DNA of 55,136 nt from a virus. Lineage: Duplodnaviria; Caudoviricetes. Positions 9,711-17,892 of this stretch are shown one piece after another. The stretch is from positions 1 to 55,136 of the IMG/VR virus record IMGVR_UViG_3300020441_000006; one strand, written 5' to 3'. The position numbers and the translations under genes were made by a program. The notes beneath the pieces were generated by a model. It was not told the origin of the DNA. It made no database searches and saw only the letters and a list, made by a program, of their open reading frames with translations. Each line of letters begins with the position of its first letter. Within the stretch, counting starts at the first letter, position 1.

Positions 9711-9899
9711 ATGGCAAAAGATAAAAAATGGATTCAAAAAGCTAATTTAAAAGAAGGAGCTTTTACTAAAAAAGCAAAGAAAGCTGGTTATGGTGTTCAA
9801 ACTTACGCCAGTAGAGTTTTAAAAAATCCTGAAAATTTTGACAAAAAAACTGTTCGTCAAGCACAATTAGCCAGAACATTCAAAAAAATGTCAAAGTAA
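9711..9899 (+). CDS. Small basic protein
   Basis: SD ggag; KKWIQKA..GAF..LARTFKKM. Confidence 0.8.
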   Translation: MAKDKKWIQKANLKEGAFTKKAKKAGYGVQTYASRVLKNPENFDKKTVRQAQLARTFKKMSK

Positions 9900-10184
9900 A
9901 TGGCTAAAAATATACGAAGAACAACTGGTAAAGGTGGTAATTACCGTCCTACAAAAAAAGGTGCGGGGATGACACAAAAAGGTGTTAAAGCTTATCGTAA
10001 GAAAAACCCGGGTTCTAAGTTAAAAACAGCAGTAACTGGAAAAGTTAAAAAAGGAAGTAAGGCAGCTAAAAGAAGAAAATCTTATTGCGCAAGATCATTA
10101 GGTCAATTAAAAAGAAGTAGTGCTAAAACAAGAAAAAATCCTAACTCTCGTATTAGGCAAGCTCGCAGAAGATGGAAATGTTAA
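9900..10184 (+). CDS. Small highly basic protein
   Basis: GMTQKG..NPGSKLK..RRKSYCARS..RRRWKC. Confidence 0.8.
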   Translation: MAKNIRRTTGKGGNYRPTKKGAGMTQKGVKAYRKKNPGSKLKTAVTGKVKKGSKAAKRRKSYCARSLGQLKRSSAKTRKNPNSRIRQARRRWKC

Positions 10185-10198
10185 CTAAGGAGAAATAA

Positions 10199-10333
10199 AT
10201 GAGTTTAGTAAAAAATATTAATAGAAGAAAAAAAGCTGGGACAAGTCGTTCTAAAAAGAACAGCACTATCTCTAAAAAAGCATACGCAGACATGAAGTCT
10301 GGTTGGAAGAAAAAGAAAAAGAAAAAGAAATAA
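10199..10333 (+). CDS. Small basic protein with poly-Lys tail (44 aa)
   Basis: Not in ORF track; SD aaggag; MSLVKNINRRKKAG...GW followed by 8 Lys. Confidence 0.75.
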   Translation: MSLVKNINRRKKAGTSRSKKNSTISKKAYADMKSGWKKKKKKKK

Positions 10334-10344
10334 AGGAGGTCACT

Positions 10345-10458
10345 ATGACAGAAGAAAAGAAAATTAAAAAAACTAAGACAACCAAGAAAAAAGAAAAGAA
10401 AAAAGAAATTGATAAGTATGCTAGAGCTGGTTTTGTTCAAGCTACTAAATCTAAATAG
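10345..10458 (+). CDS. Small Lys-rich protein (37 aa)
   Basis: Not in ORF track; perfect SD aaggaggt. Confidence 0.65.
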   Translation: MTEEKKIKKTKTTKKKEKKKEIDKYARAGFVQATKSK

Positions 10459-10515
10459 GTTTACATAAATCTTTTTTGGTTGACATTTGCATACAAATAC
10501 CCACTTATGTAGTAG
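10459..10515 (+). promoter_or_regulatory. Putative promoter for head-assembly genes
   Basis: TTGACA at 10480, TTGCAT at 10487, GTTTACA box at 10459; -10 element weak. Confidence 0.4.
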
Positions 10516-10713
10516 ATGCACAGTGTTGAATTAGTACAATTTATTTTGAAGATCATAAGGGAAAGAGCTTCAGAATTATCAGATCAAATAACAACTGGAT
10601 CTGTAGAAGATTGGAACATTTATCAAAACATTGTCGGTCAACTGCAATCACTAGGTTTTGTCGAGTCTGAAATCCAATCGTTAATGAATAGATTGGACGG
10701 AGAAGATGGCTAA
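10516..10713 (+). CDS. Small helical protein upstream of GroES
   Basis: GSVEDWNIYQNIVGQLQSL pattern; overlaps groES start. Confidence 0.8.
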   Translation: MHSVELVQFILKIIRERASELSDQITTGSVEDWNIYQNIVGQLQSLGFVESEIQSLMNRLDGEDG

Positions 10714-11182
10714 AAAGAAAAAATTATTTGTACCCGATAAATATACAGATGAAAAAGTAAAACCTATAACAGATGATGTTGATTATAAATCTGCTTTTGT
10801 AAAAGAAGAAGATAGATTTTTAGATCCTAAAAAACTTAATGTAGATATTAAAGAAAGATTGCCCAAGCCCACAGGATGGAGACTTATTGTTGTTCCTTAT
10901 CAAGGAAAAGCAAAAAGTGATGGAGGTATCTTTATTCCTGATAAAGTAAGAGAGCAAGAAGCTCTTGCGACTACCGTGTGTTATGTTTTAAGTACCGGTC
11001 CAGATTGTTACCAAGATAAAAATAAATTTCCAAATGGAGATTATTGTAAAGAAGGTGATTGGGTTCTTATTGCTCGATATGCCGGGACAAGAGTTAAGCT
11101 AGAAGATTTTGAAGTAAGAATTTTAAATGACGATGAAATTTTAGCAACTGTCTTAGAACCAAGTGATGTAAAAACTTTTTAG
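10706..11182 (+). CDS. groES: Co-chaperonin GroES (Cpn10) homologue
   Basis: PTGWRLIV..GGIFIP..GD.VL..YAGT..ILNDDEILA. Confidence 0.92.
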   Translation: MAKKKKLFVPDKYTDEKVKPITDDVDYKSAFVKEEDRFLDPKKLNVDIKERLPKPTGWRLIVVPYQGKAKSDGGIFIPDKVREQEALATTVCYVLSTGPDCYQDKNKFPNGDYCKEGDWVLIARYAGTRVKLEDFEVRILNDDEILATVLEPSDVKTF

Positions 11183-11191
11183 GAGAAAATA

Positions 11192-12106
11192 ATGGAAGAA
11201 AACGAATTACCAGAAGAAGAAACTGTTACTTTAGAGAAACCAGAACAAGAAGAAAGTTCTGAAACTCCAGAAGTTATAGAAACAACTGAAGAGGAAATAA
11301 CTGAAAAAGAGCTAGAAAAGAAAAAAAGTAAAGCTCAAACTAGAATTAATGAATTAACACGTAGAAGGCGCGAAGCAGAGGAAAGAGAAAATTCTGCTCT
11401 TGAGTATGCCGAAGCAATGAAAAGAAAAGCTGAAACTTTAGAATCTAAACTACATCAAACAGATGCAGGTTATGGAGCAGAGTTTGAAGCTAGAGTTAAA
11501 TCTCAGTCTGATCAAGCTGAAGCTGCTCTTCAAGAAGCTTTAGATTCCGGAGATTCTAAAAGAATTGCTGCGGCATCGCGTGCTATATCTCAGGTTGAGA
11601 TTGAAAAAGAAAGGGCTAGACTTTATAAAAATCGTTTAGAACAAAGGAGAAAAACGCAAAAAACTCTTGCTGAAATTCCTAGAGAGGCACCTCAATCTCA
11701 GCCTGTAACCCAACCAGATCCAGATCCAAAAGCTGTCACATGGTCAGATAAAAATGAATGGTTTGGTGAAGATAAAAAATTAACCAGTGTAGCAATTGGT
11801 ATTCATTCGGATTTAATTAACGAAGGTTTTGATGGATCTTCTGACGAATACTACGCTGAGTTAGATAACAGACTGGTACCTTGGTTAGGCGCTGGAGGTG
11901 TTGGAAATGGTAAAGTTGAAGAAACTGAAACTGTAAGTACAACCCCTAAATCACCTGTTGCATCAGTAACAAGTGGGAGATCAGTTGCAAAAAAACAAAA
12001 ATCTGTTAAATTAACAAGGTCCGAGTTAGAAATTGCTAATAAACTTGGTGTACCTAAAGAAGAATACGCAAAAGAATTAGTAAAACTAGAACGGAATAGG
12101 AGATAA
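11192..12106 (+). CDS. Capsid scaffolding protein
   Basis: Acidic coiled coil, N.WFG motif, C-terminal LT..E..IA.KLGV..EEYAK; upstream of capsid. Confidence 0.75.
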   Translation: MEENELPEEETVTLEKPEQEESSETPEVIETTEEEITEKELEKKKSKAQTRINELTRRRREAEERENSALEYAEAMKRKAETLESKLHQTDAGYGAEFEARVKSQSDQAEAALQEALDSGDSKRIAAASRAISQVEIEKERARLYKNRLEQRRKTQKTLAEIPREAPQSQPVTQPDPDPKAVTWSDKNEWFGEDKKLTSVAIGIHSDLINEGFDGSSDEYYAELDNRLVPWLGAGGVGNGKVEETETVSTTPKSPVASVTSGRSVAKKQKSVKLTRSELEIANKLGVPKEEYAKELVKLERNRR

Positions 12107-12108
12107 AA

Positions 12109-12612
12109 ATGCCGAAAAAAGAACAAGAATTTACGGATGAGACTACAGCTAATGAAGCAGCTGATAGATCTTCACGGAATAAAGAAACAAGAGAAGCTTC
12201 AACTCGCCCAGTGCAATGGCGGCCACCTAATAAATTGCACGCCCCGGATGCTCCAGACGGATTTGTTCATCGTTGGATTCGCGCGGAAATGTTAGGACAG
12301 GAAGATAAATCTAATGTCCATCGCCGAATGCAAGAAGGTTATGAACTTGTAAGAGCGGATGAGTATCCAGATTCTGATTTACCGGTAGCTGAAGGCAGAT
12401 ACGCGGGCATTATCGGAGTTGGAGGATTGCTATTAGCTCGGTTCCCAGAAGAATTAAGGCAACAGAGACAACAATATTATAGCGATAGATCTAACCAGCA
12501 AATGGAAGCTGTTGATAATGACTGGATGAAGGATTCAAATCCTTTAATGCCTAAAGAAAAGCCGGAAAGAAGAACACAAGTATCATTTGGTCAACCCAGA
12601 GTTGATAAATAA
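12109..12612 (+). CDS. Conserved head-module protein
   Basis: RWIR..G..D..NV..EGYELV, GGLLLAR; position between scaffold and capsid. Confidence 0.75.
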   Translation: MPKKEQEFTDETTANEAADRSSRNKETREASTRPVQWRPPNKLHAPDAPDGFVHRWIRAEMLGQEDKSNVHRRMQEGYELVRADEYPDSDLPVAEGRYAGIIGVGGLLLARFPEELRQQRQQYYSDRSNQQMEAVDNDWMKDSNPLMPKEKPERRTQVSFGQPRVDK

Positions 12613-12645
12613 TTAGTCAACTCTAAATTAAAAGGAGTTTAACTC

Positions 12646-13233
12646 ATGGCAAATAAAGATGCCCCTTTTGGTTTGCGTCCAATTAGAATGATCGGCGGCG
12701 GTGATTTTACAGGCGGCCAAGACAGATATAGTATAGCTAGTAGCTATAATACCAGTTTATACCAAGGAGATCTCGTAGAGCCTCTCACTAACGGTACAAT
12801 TGGTAGAAAAGCTGCTGGGGAAAACGATGCTGTTCTTGGAGTATTTAACGGCTGTAGATATACAAATCCAACCACCGGCACTCCGACTTGGGCCAATACC
12901 TATCAACAACCGATCGCAGCAAGTGACATTTACGCATTTGTAGTTTGTGATCCTAGTGTTGTTTATGAAGTACAAGCAGATGACACATTCCCAACAACTG
13001 ATTTATTCGGCAATTTTGATATTGTTGATAATTCACCAGTTGGAGATGTTAACTCTGGTATTTCACACGTAGAACTTGACGTCACGACAGGCAATACCAC
13101 TGCTACTCTTCCTTTGAAAGCCATTGGCATTTCTGAGGATCCAGATAACAGTGACACAGCGTCTGCTAACACCAACGTGGTCGTTACTATTAACAATTCA
13201 GTGTTTTCTGGTGGCACTGACGGTCTAGCATAG
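12646..13233 (+). CDS. Putative capsid decoration/cement protein
   Basis: MAN.DAPFGLRP start, beta-rich, directly upstream of major capsid gene. Confidence 0.65.
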   Translation: MANKDAPFGLRPIRMIGGGDFTGGQDRYSIASSYNTSLYQGDLVEPLTNGTIGRKAAGENDAVLGVFNGCRYTNPTTGTPTWANTYQQPIAASDIYAFVVCDPSVVYEVQADDTFPTTDLFGNFDIVDNSPVGDVNSGISHVELDVTTGNTTATLPLKAIGISEDPDNSDTASANTNVVVTINNSVFSGGTDGLA

Positions 13234-13242
13234 GAGGTTAAC

Positions 13243-14151
13243 ATGGCTATATCACGCGCACAACTCGCAAAAGAACTAGAACCTGGCCTCAACGCTTTAT
13301 TTGGACTTGAATATGCTAAATATGGCGACGAATCCCGAGAGATTTTTGAAACAGAATCTTCTGACAGAGCATTTGAAGAAGAAGTAATGCTCGTTGGATT
13401 TGGTAATGCTGCGGAAAAAGCAGAAGGTGCAGGCGTACAATACGACTCAGCTTCAGAAGCTTACACTTCTCGTTATACACATGAGACAATTGCTCTTGCA
13501 TTTGCTCTAACGGAAGAAGCTGTTGAAGATAACTTGTATGATCGTCTAGCAACTCGCTATACTAAAGCATTAGCTAGGTCAATGAATCACACTAAACAGG
13601 TTAAGGCAGCCAATGTTCTAAACAATGGTTTTAACAATAACTTCACTGGTGGTGACGGGGTTGAGCTTTTCTCAACTGCACACCCACTAGCATATGGAGG
13701 AACATTTGCTAACGAACCTACTACAGATGCCGATTTAAATGAAGCTTCTCTAGAAAATGCACTAATTGATATTAGTAATTTTGTAGACGAAAGAAATTTA
13801 ATCGTTGCTCTTAACGGAAGAAAACTTGTTGTTCCGTCACAACTAAGATTTGTTGCTGACAGAATACTTGAATCTACTCTTAGAGTAGGTACTGCTGATA
13901 ACGATATTAACGCTATCAGAAACACAAGTGCTGTTCCTGAAGGATATGTAGTAAATCACTTCTTAACTGATCCGGATGCATGGTTTGTATTAACCGATGC
14001 TCCTAATGGTCTGAAACACTTTGAAAGAAGCCCATTAAGAACAGCAATGGAAGGTGACTTCAACACAGGAAACATGAGATACAAAGCTAGAGAAAGATAC
14101 AGCTTTGGATGGTCTGATCCTAGAGGAATTTATGGTTCAAAAGGCGCTTAG
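13243..14151 (+). CDS. Major capsid protein (Mu gpT-like HK97 fold)
   Basis: MAISRAQLAKELEPGLNALFG, LFSTAHP, RYKARERYSFGWSDPRG; strong SD and downstream terminator. Confidence 0.92.
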   Translation: MAISRAQLAKELEPGLNALFGLEYAKYGDESREIFETESSDRAFEEEVMLVGFGNAAEKAEGAGVQYDSASEAYTSRYTHETIALAFALTEEAVEDNLYDRLATRYTKALARSMNHTKQVKAANVLNNGFNNNFTGGDGVELFSTAHPLAYGGTFANEPTTDADLNEASLENALIDISNFVDERNLIVALNGRKLVVPSQLRFVADRILESTLRVGTADNDINAIRNTSAVPEGYVVNHFLTDPDAWFVLTDAPNGLKHFERSPLRTAMEGDFNTGNMRYKARERYSFGWSDPRGIYGSKGA

Positions 14152-14170
14152 TCTTTTTTAAATTTCTGAG

Positions 14171-14201
14171 AAAAGGGTAGATTATGTCTACCCTTTTTTT
14201 T
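14171..14201 (+). terminator. Rho-independent terminator
   Basis: AGGGTAGA/TCTACCCT stem followed by T run. Confidence 0.9.
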
Positions 14202-14206
14202 GTCTA

Positions 14207-14235
14207 TTGCATTCTCCCCAAAATCTTTATATTAT
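14207..14235 (+). promoter_or_regulatory. Sigma70-like promoter
   Basis: TTGCAT-17 nt-TATTAT. Confidence 0.65.
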
Positions 14236-14241
14236 AAGGAA

Positions 14242-14287
14242 TCTTTGACGAACATGGTGTTCGACAGGCTACTCAACTGACAAGGAG
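14242..14287 (+). ncRNA. Candidate cis-regulatory 5' leader RNA (three-way junction, three GAC linkers)
   Basis: TCTTT-GAC-GAACA/TGTTC-GAC-AG..CT-GAC-AAGGA; closing stem pairs with SD. Confidence 0.5.
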
Positions 14288-14294
14288 AAAAACA

Positions 14295-14750
14295 ATGGGT
14301 ACAACAACTTTTAGTGGGCCAATTAAAGCAGGCCCAATCTCAAACACTACTGGAACAACAGTTGGCACTGATGTTGCTGATGTAGGCTATGTAACTATGA
14401 ACCAATCAGGAGTTCCTGATATTACTGGTGCAAGTAAACTTAATCAAAGAATGGCAGTTATACCTGCTAATTCACAGATTATTGATGTTATCTTAAATGT
14501 AACAACAGCTGGTGATGATACTGGAGCCGCTACTATTTCCGTAGGAACTGCAGCAGATGCAGATGCTTTTTTAAACGGCATAAACACTAAAGCAGTGGGA
14601 ACAACACATGGAACTTTAGATACTGAAGCTACTAATGTTGGAACAACTGATTTAGAAGTTCTTGCTGACTTTACTGGAGCAACTGGAGACGGAACAGCCG
14701 GTGTGGCGACTGTTACAGTTCTATATGCTCAGAACAATAATTTATCATAG
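14295..14750 (+). CDS. Putative head decoration/spike protein
   Basis: MGTTTFSGPIKAG start, IPANSQIIDV, G.A.VTV.Y; follows capsid gene. Confidence 0.65.
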   Translation: MGTTTFSGPIKAGPISNTTGTTVGTDVADVGYVTMNQSGVPDITGASKLNQRMAVIPANSQIIDVILNVTTAGDDTGAATISVGTAADADAFLNGINTKAVGTTHGTLDTEATNVGTTDLEVLADFTGATGDGTAGVATVTVLYAQNNNLS

Positions 14751-14759
14751 GAGGCTTAA

Positions 14760-15086
14760 ATGGCTGGACCAGTTAGTGTCGCAAATTTAGGAGCTAATGC
14801 TACTGAAACTATCATTAATCCACAGTCTGCAAACCCTGCTGTAAATTATGCAAGTACAATTGCATATTTTAAAGGGATTGATTTTTCTGCGGGCGCTGGA
14901 GGAGAAGGTACAGTTAATATTCAAACACAAGTAAATGGATCTTGGGCAACACAGACAACATATTCTGTTAGCGCTAATAATAATGATTCTGTTTATATTC
15001 CAGGTGACATGGGAGTTCGTTTAAAAGACGGACTGCGAGTTACTACGGATGCGAATATTGACAACGCTCAAATATACTACACGTAA
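14760..15086 (+). CDS. Putative virion structural protein
   Basis: Beta-rich, IP..GV....G..V pattern; SD ggagg. Confidence 0.65.
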   Translation: MAGPVSVANLGANATETIINPQSANPAVNYASTIAYFKGIDFSAGAGGEGTVNIQTQVNGSWATQTTYSVSANNNDSVYIPGDMGVRLKDGLRVTTDANIDNAQIYYT

Positions 15087-15098
15087 TAGGAAATTAAG

Positions 15099-15335
15099 AT
15101 GGAAATGGACTTACTATGGAATGTTGGTTTAACCATCTTAATTGCCCCCGGTACTTACGCCATTGCCAACTTATTCGTGAGGATGAATAAAGTGCAAGAA
15201 GATTTAAATGAATTAAGAGTTAAGACTGCTGAAGATTATGTGTCTAAGAAATCACATGCTGATAGTCTTGATCAATTACTAAGACGCTTTGATAGATTAG
15301 AAAATAAAATAGATAGGATGATTGAAAATGGCTAG
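15099..15335 (+). CDS. Small membrane-anchored coiled-coil protein
   Basis: N-terminal hydrophobic, EDYVSK..RFDRLENKID. Confidence 0.75.
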   Translation: MEMDLLWNVGLTILIAPGTYAIANLFVRMNKVQEDLNELRVKTAEDYVSKKSHADSLDQLLRRFDRLENKIDRMIENG

Positions 15336-15465
15336 TGGTCGTTCTCAATTTGGCACTTTAACTAGAAGATCTTTTTATAGTAAAGGCGGACCAGTAAGAA
15401 TAAAAAAAAATAAAGGATGTGGTAAAATCATGTCTAATAGAAGAAAGGCAACAAGGTATAGTTAA
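15328..15465 (+). CDS. Small basic protein (45 aa)
   Basis: Not in ORF track; overlaps both neighbours; YSKGGPV, KGCGKIM..RRK.T. Confidence 0.7.
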   Translation: MASGRSQFGTLTRRSFYSKGGPVRIKKNKGCGKIMSNRRKATRYS

Positions 15466-16145
15466 TGACATTAAGTAATTCTAAAAATTTTGAATTAAAT
15501 GTAACTGACTACATTGAGGAAGCTTATGAAAGATGTGGTTTAGAGTTACGAACAGGTTATGATTTAGAAACAGCTAAAAGATCTATGAATTTACTTTTGG
15601 CTGATTGGGCTAACCGAGGTCTTAATCAATGGACCATTCAACAAACTATTACTACTGTAACTGAAGGGGTAAATTATATTTCTCCCGGATCAGATACAAT
15701 TGATGTATTGGATGCTGTTTTAAGACGAAATGAAAATGGAACTGACACAGATATGTCTTTAGGAATGGTAAGCCGTGCCGAATTTTTAAATATTCCTGAT
15801 AAATCTAATAAAGCTAGACCGACTCAATATTTTGTAGATAAACAAATTGATCCTAAAATATATTTATGGCCTACTCCAGATAATAGTACAGATAAAATAG
15901 TTTATAATAGATTAGTAAGAATGGATGACGCTGATGCGGCAACTAATACTTTACAAATGCCTTTTAGGTTTTATCCATGTTTAGCAAGTGGGTTAGCTTA
16001 TATGCTTTCTGTTAAAAAAGCGCCTGAACGAACAGAATTATTAAAAGCTGCATATGAAGATGATATGCGAAGAGCTATTGATCAAGATGAACCTCGTTCA
16101 TCCTTTAGAGTAGCTCCAGACATGAGGAGCTTTATGATAAGATAA
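15465..16145 (+). CDS. Putative head-tail adaptor protein
   Basis: IEEAYERCG..GYDL.TA.RS.NL..WANRGLN.W, YLWPTPD; position. Confidence 0.65.
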   Translation: MTLSNSKNFELNVTDYIEEAYERCGLELRTGYDLETAKRSMNLLLADWANRGLNQWTIQQTITTVTEGVNYISPGSDTIDVLDAVLRRNENGTDTDMSLGMVSRAEFLNIPDKSNKARPTQYFVDKQIDPKIYLWPTPDNSTDKIVYNRLVRMDDADAATNTLQMPFRFYPCLASGLAYMLSVKKAPERTELLKAAYEDDMRRAIDQDEPRSSFRVAPDMRSFMIR

Positions 16146-16474
16146 TGAATTACGCTCTTGGAAAATTTGCAATTGCTATTTGTGACATTTGTGGTCAAAG
16201 ATATAAATTACATCAATTAAAAAAACAATGGAATGATTGGAAGGCATGTCCTGAATGTTATGATCCAAAACAACCACAATTAGAAATACCTACAAATACT
16301 GTAGATCCACAAGCATTATACGAGCCAAGACCTAGTATTGATGTAGAGGCTGGTGAAGGTGTGGTAAGAACAGAAAATCCTGGGTTTGTTAATTCAAAAG
16401 AAGATTTAATTGGTCATGCTTTTAGAACTAATTCTTTAAATGGACAATTAGGTAGTATAACGGTGGTAGTATAA
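16145..16474 (+). CDS. Zn-finger protein
   Basis: CDICG..CPEC, KQPQL, EPRP. Confidence 0.75.
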   Translation: MNYALGKFAIAICDICGQRYKLHQLKKQWNDWKACPECYDPKQPQLEIPTNTVDPQALYEPRPSIDVEAGEGVVRTENPGFVNSKEDLIGHAFRTNSLNGQLGSITVVV

Positions 16475-17121
16475 TGGCATACACATACACAACATTAAAA
16501 ACAGCTATACAAGATTTTGTAGAAGATTCAGGAACAACCTTTGTTGCTAACTTAGATAATTTTATACAAAATGCTGAACAAAGAATATTTAGCGAATCAG
16601 ATTTACCATTAGATAGAAAAAATTCTACGGGTAATACCACAGCTAATAATAAATATCTTTCTACTCCAGATGATTTTTTATCTACCTATAGTTTAAGTAT
16701 TGTTTCTAGTGGAACACATCATTTTCTTTTAAACAAAGATGTCAATTTTTTACAAACATTTGATCCCGATCCTGACACCACACGAGGAATGCCTAAATAT
16801 TATTCTTTATGGGATGAAAATACTTTTATACTTTCACCCACCCCGGATCAATCATATGAAGTAGAATTGCATTATTATTACAAGCCTGTTTCCATAACTA
16901 CATCTACAGATGGAACATCTTGGTTTGGTACTAATGCTCAAAACGCATTATTATATGGATCATTAGTTGAGGCTTACACCTTTTTAAAAGGTGAGCCGGA
17001 TTTAATAAAACTGTATAATGATCGTTATATGGAAGCGCTGTCTAGGGTAAAAAATCTTGGAGAGGGACGTAACCGTACAGATGAATACCGTTCAACAATA
17101 GTAAGACAAAAGGTGACTTAA
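16474..17121 (+). CDS. Putative head-tail adaptor/connector protein
   Basis: Y..L..AIQD..FI..AE.RI, PTPD..Y.VELHY, LLYGSL.EA. Confidence 0.65.
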   Translation: MAYTYTTLKTAIQDFVEDSGTTFVANLDNFIQNAEQRIFSESDLPLDRKNSTGNTTANNKYLSTPDDFLSTYSLSIVSSGTHHFLLNKDVNFLQTFDPDPDTTRGMPKYYSLWDENTFILSPTPDQSYEVELHYYYKPVSITTSTDGTSWFGTNAQNALLYGSLVEAYTFLKGEPDLIKLYNDRYMEALSRVKNLGEGRNRTDEYRSTIVRQKVT

Positions 17122-17122
17122 A

Positions 17123-17413
17123 ATGTTTACAGCAGAAGTAAAAATGAATACTGGAGATGTTAATGTTATAACAACGCAAAATAGAGGAATGACTCCAGAA
17201 GAAGTAGCTAAATTAGCTATGGATAGAATAATTTATGTTAGTGGCGATGCGCCCGATGGTATTAAAGAGCAAATTAATACTTACAAAGAAAAGCTTTTTC
17301 ATGTATTAGTTATATATATGACTCAAGCGGTTCAAAGTGATCGCACTAATGTAATAAACCTTCTTGAAAAAGAAGGACATAATTCGTTAGCTGAATCAAT
17401 AAGGAGAATGTAA
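17123..17413 (+). CDS. Hypothetical protein
   Basis: Coupled ORF in tail operon. Confidence 0.75.
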   Translation: MFTAEVKMNTGDVNVITTQNRGMTPEEVAKLAMDRIIYVSGDAPDGIKEQINTYKEKLFHVLVIYMTQAVQSDRTNVINLLEKEGHNSLAESIRRM

Positions 17414-17874
17414 TGGCAATAACGCAAGCAATGTGTAGCAGTTTTAAACAAGAATTGTTGCAAGGTCTTCACAACTTTACTAACGGAAGTGGTGGTGGAA
17501 CTACGACTAGCACTGGTACCGGGAACACATATTATGTGGCTCTCTATACTAATAGTGCTTCTCTAGACGCTACTACAACCGCATACGCATCAGGTAATGA
17601 GGCAACTGGAACAGCTTATTCAGCTGGCGGTCAGTCTCTAACTAATGTAACGCCATCACTATCTGGAACAACAGCCCTAACAGACTTTGCAGATGTAACT
17701 TGGTCTTCTAGCTCTATTACTGCTAGAGGAGCATTAATTTACAACTATAGTCTTGCTGGAAACAATGCTGTATGTGTTTTAGATTTTGGTAGTGATAAAA
17801 CAAGTTCTGCTGGAGATTTTACAATTCAATTCCCAGCTGCTGACGCAACAAACGCTATTATTAGAATAGCTTAG
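17413..17874 (+). CDS. Putative tail structural protein
   Basis: MAITQAMCSSFKQELL, ALYT, TARGALIYN, LDFGSDK. Confidence 0.7.
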   Translation: MAITQAMCSSFKQELLQGLHNFTNGSGGGTTTSTGTGNTYYVALYTNSASLDATTTAYASGNEATGTAYSAGGQSLTNVTPSLSGTTALTDFADVTWSSSSITARGALIYNYSLAGNNAVCVLDFGSDKTSSAGDFTIQFPAADATNAIIRIA

Positions 17875-17892
17875 ATTTAAAAAGGTAGGTTT

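Noticed and set aside
10153-10521. Minus-strand Phe-rich 122-aa ORF
   Set aside because: Antisense shadow of Lys-rich plus-strand peptides that have strong SDs
12598-12625. 8-bp hairpin at the end of ORF 12109
   Set aside because: No U tract; may be a processing or stability hairpin but there is too little support
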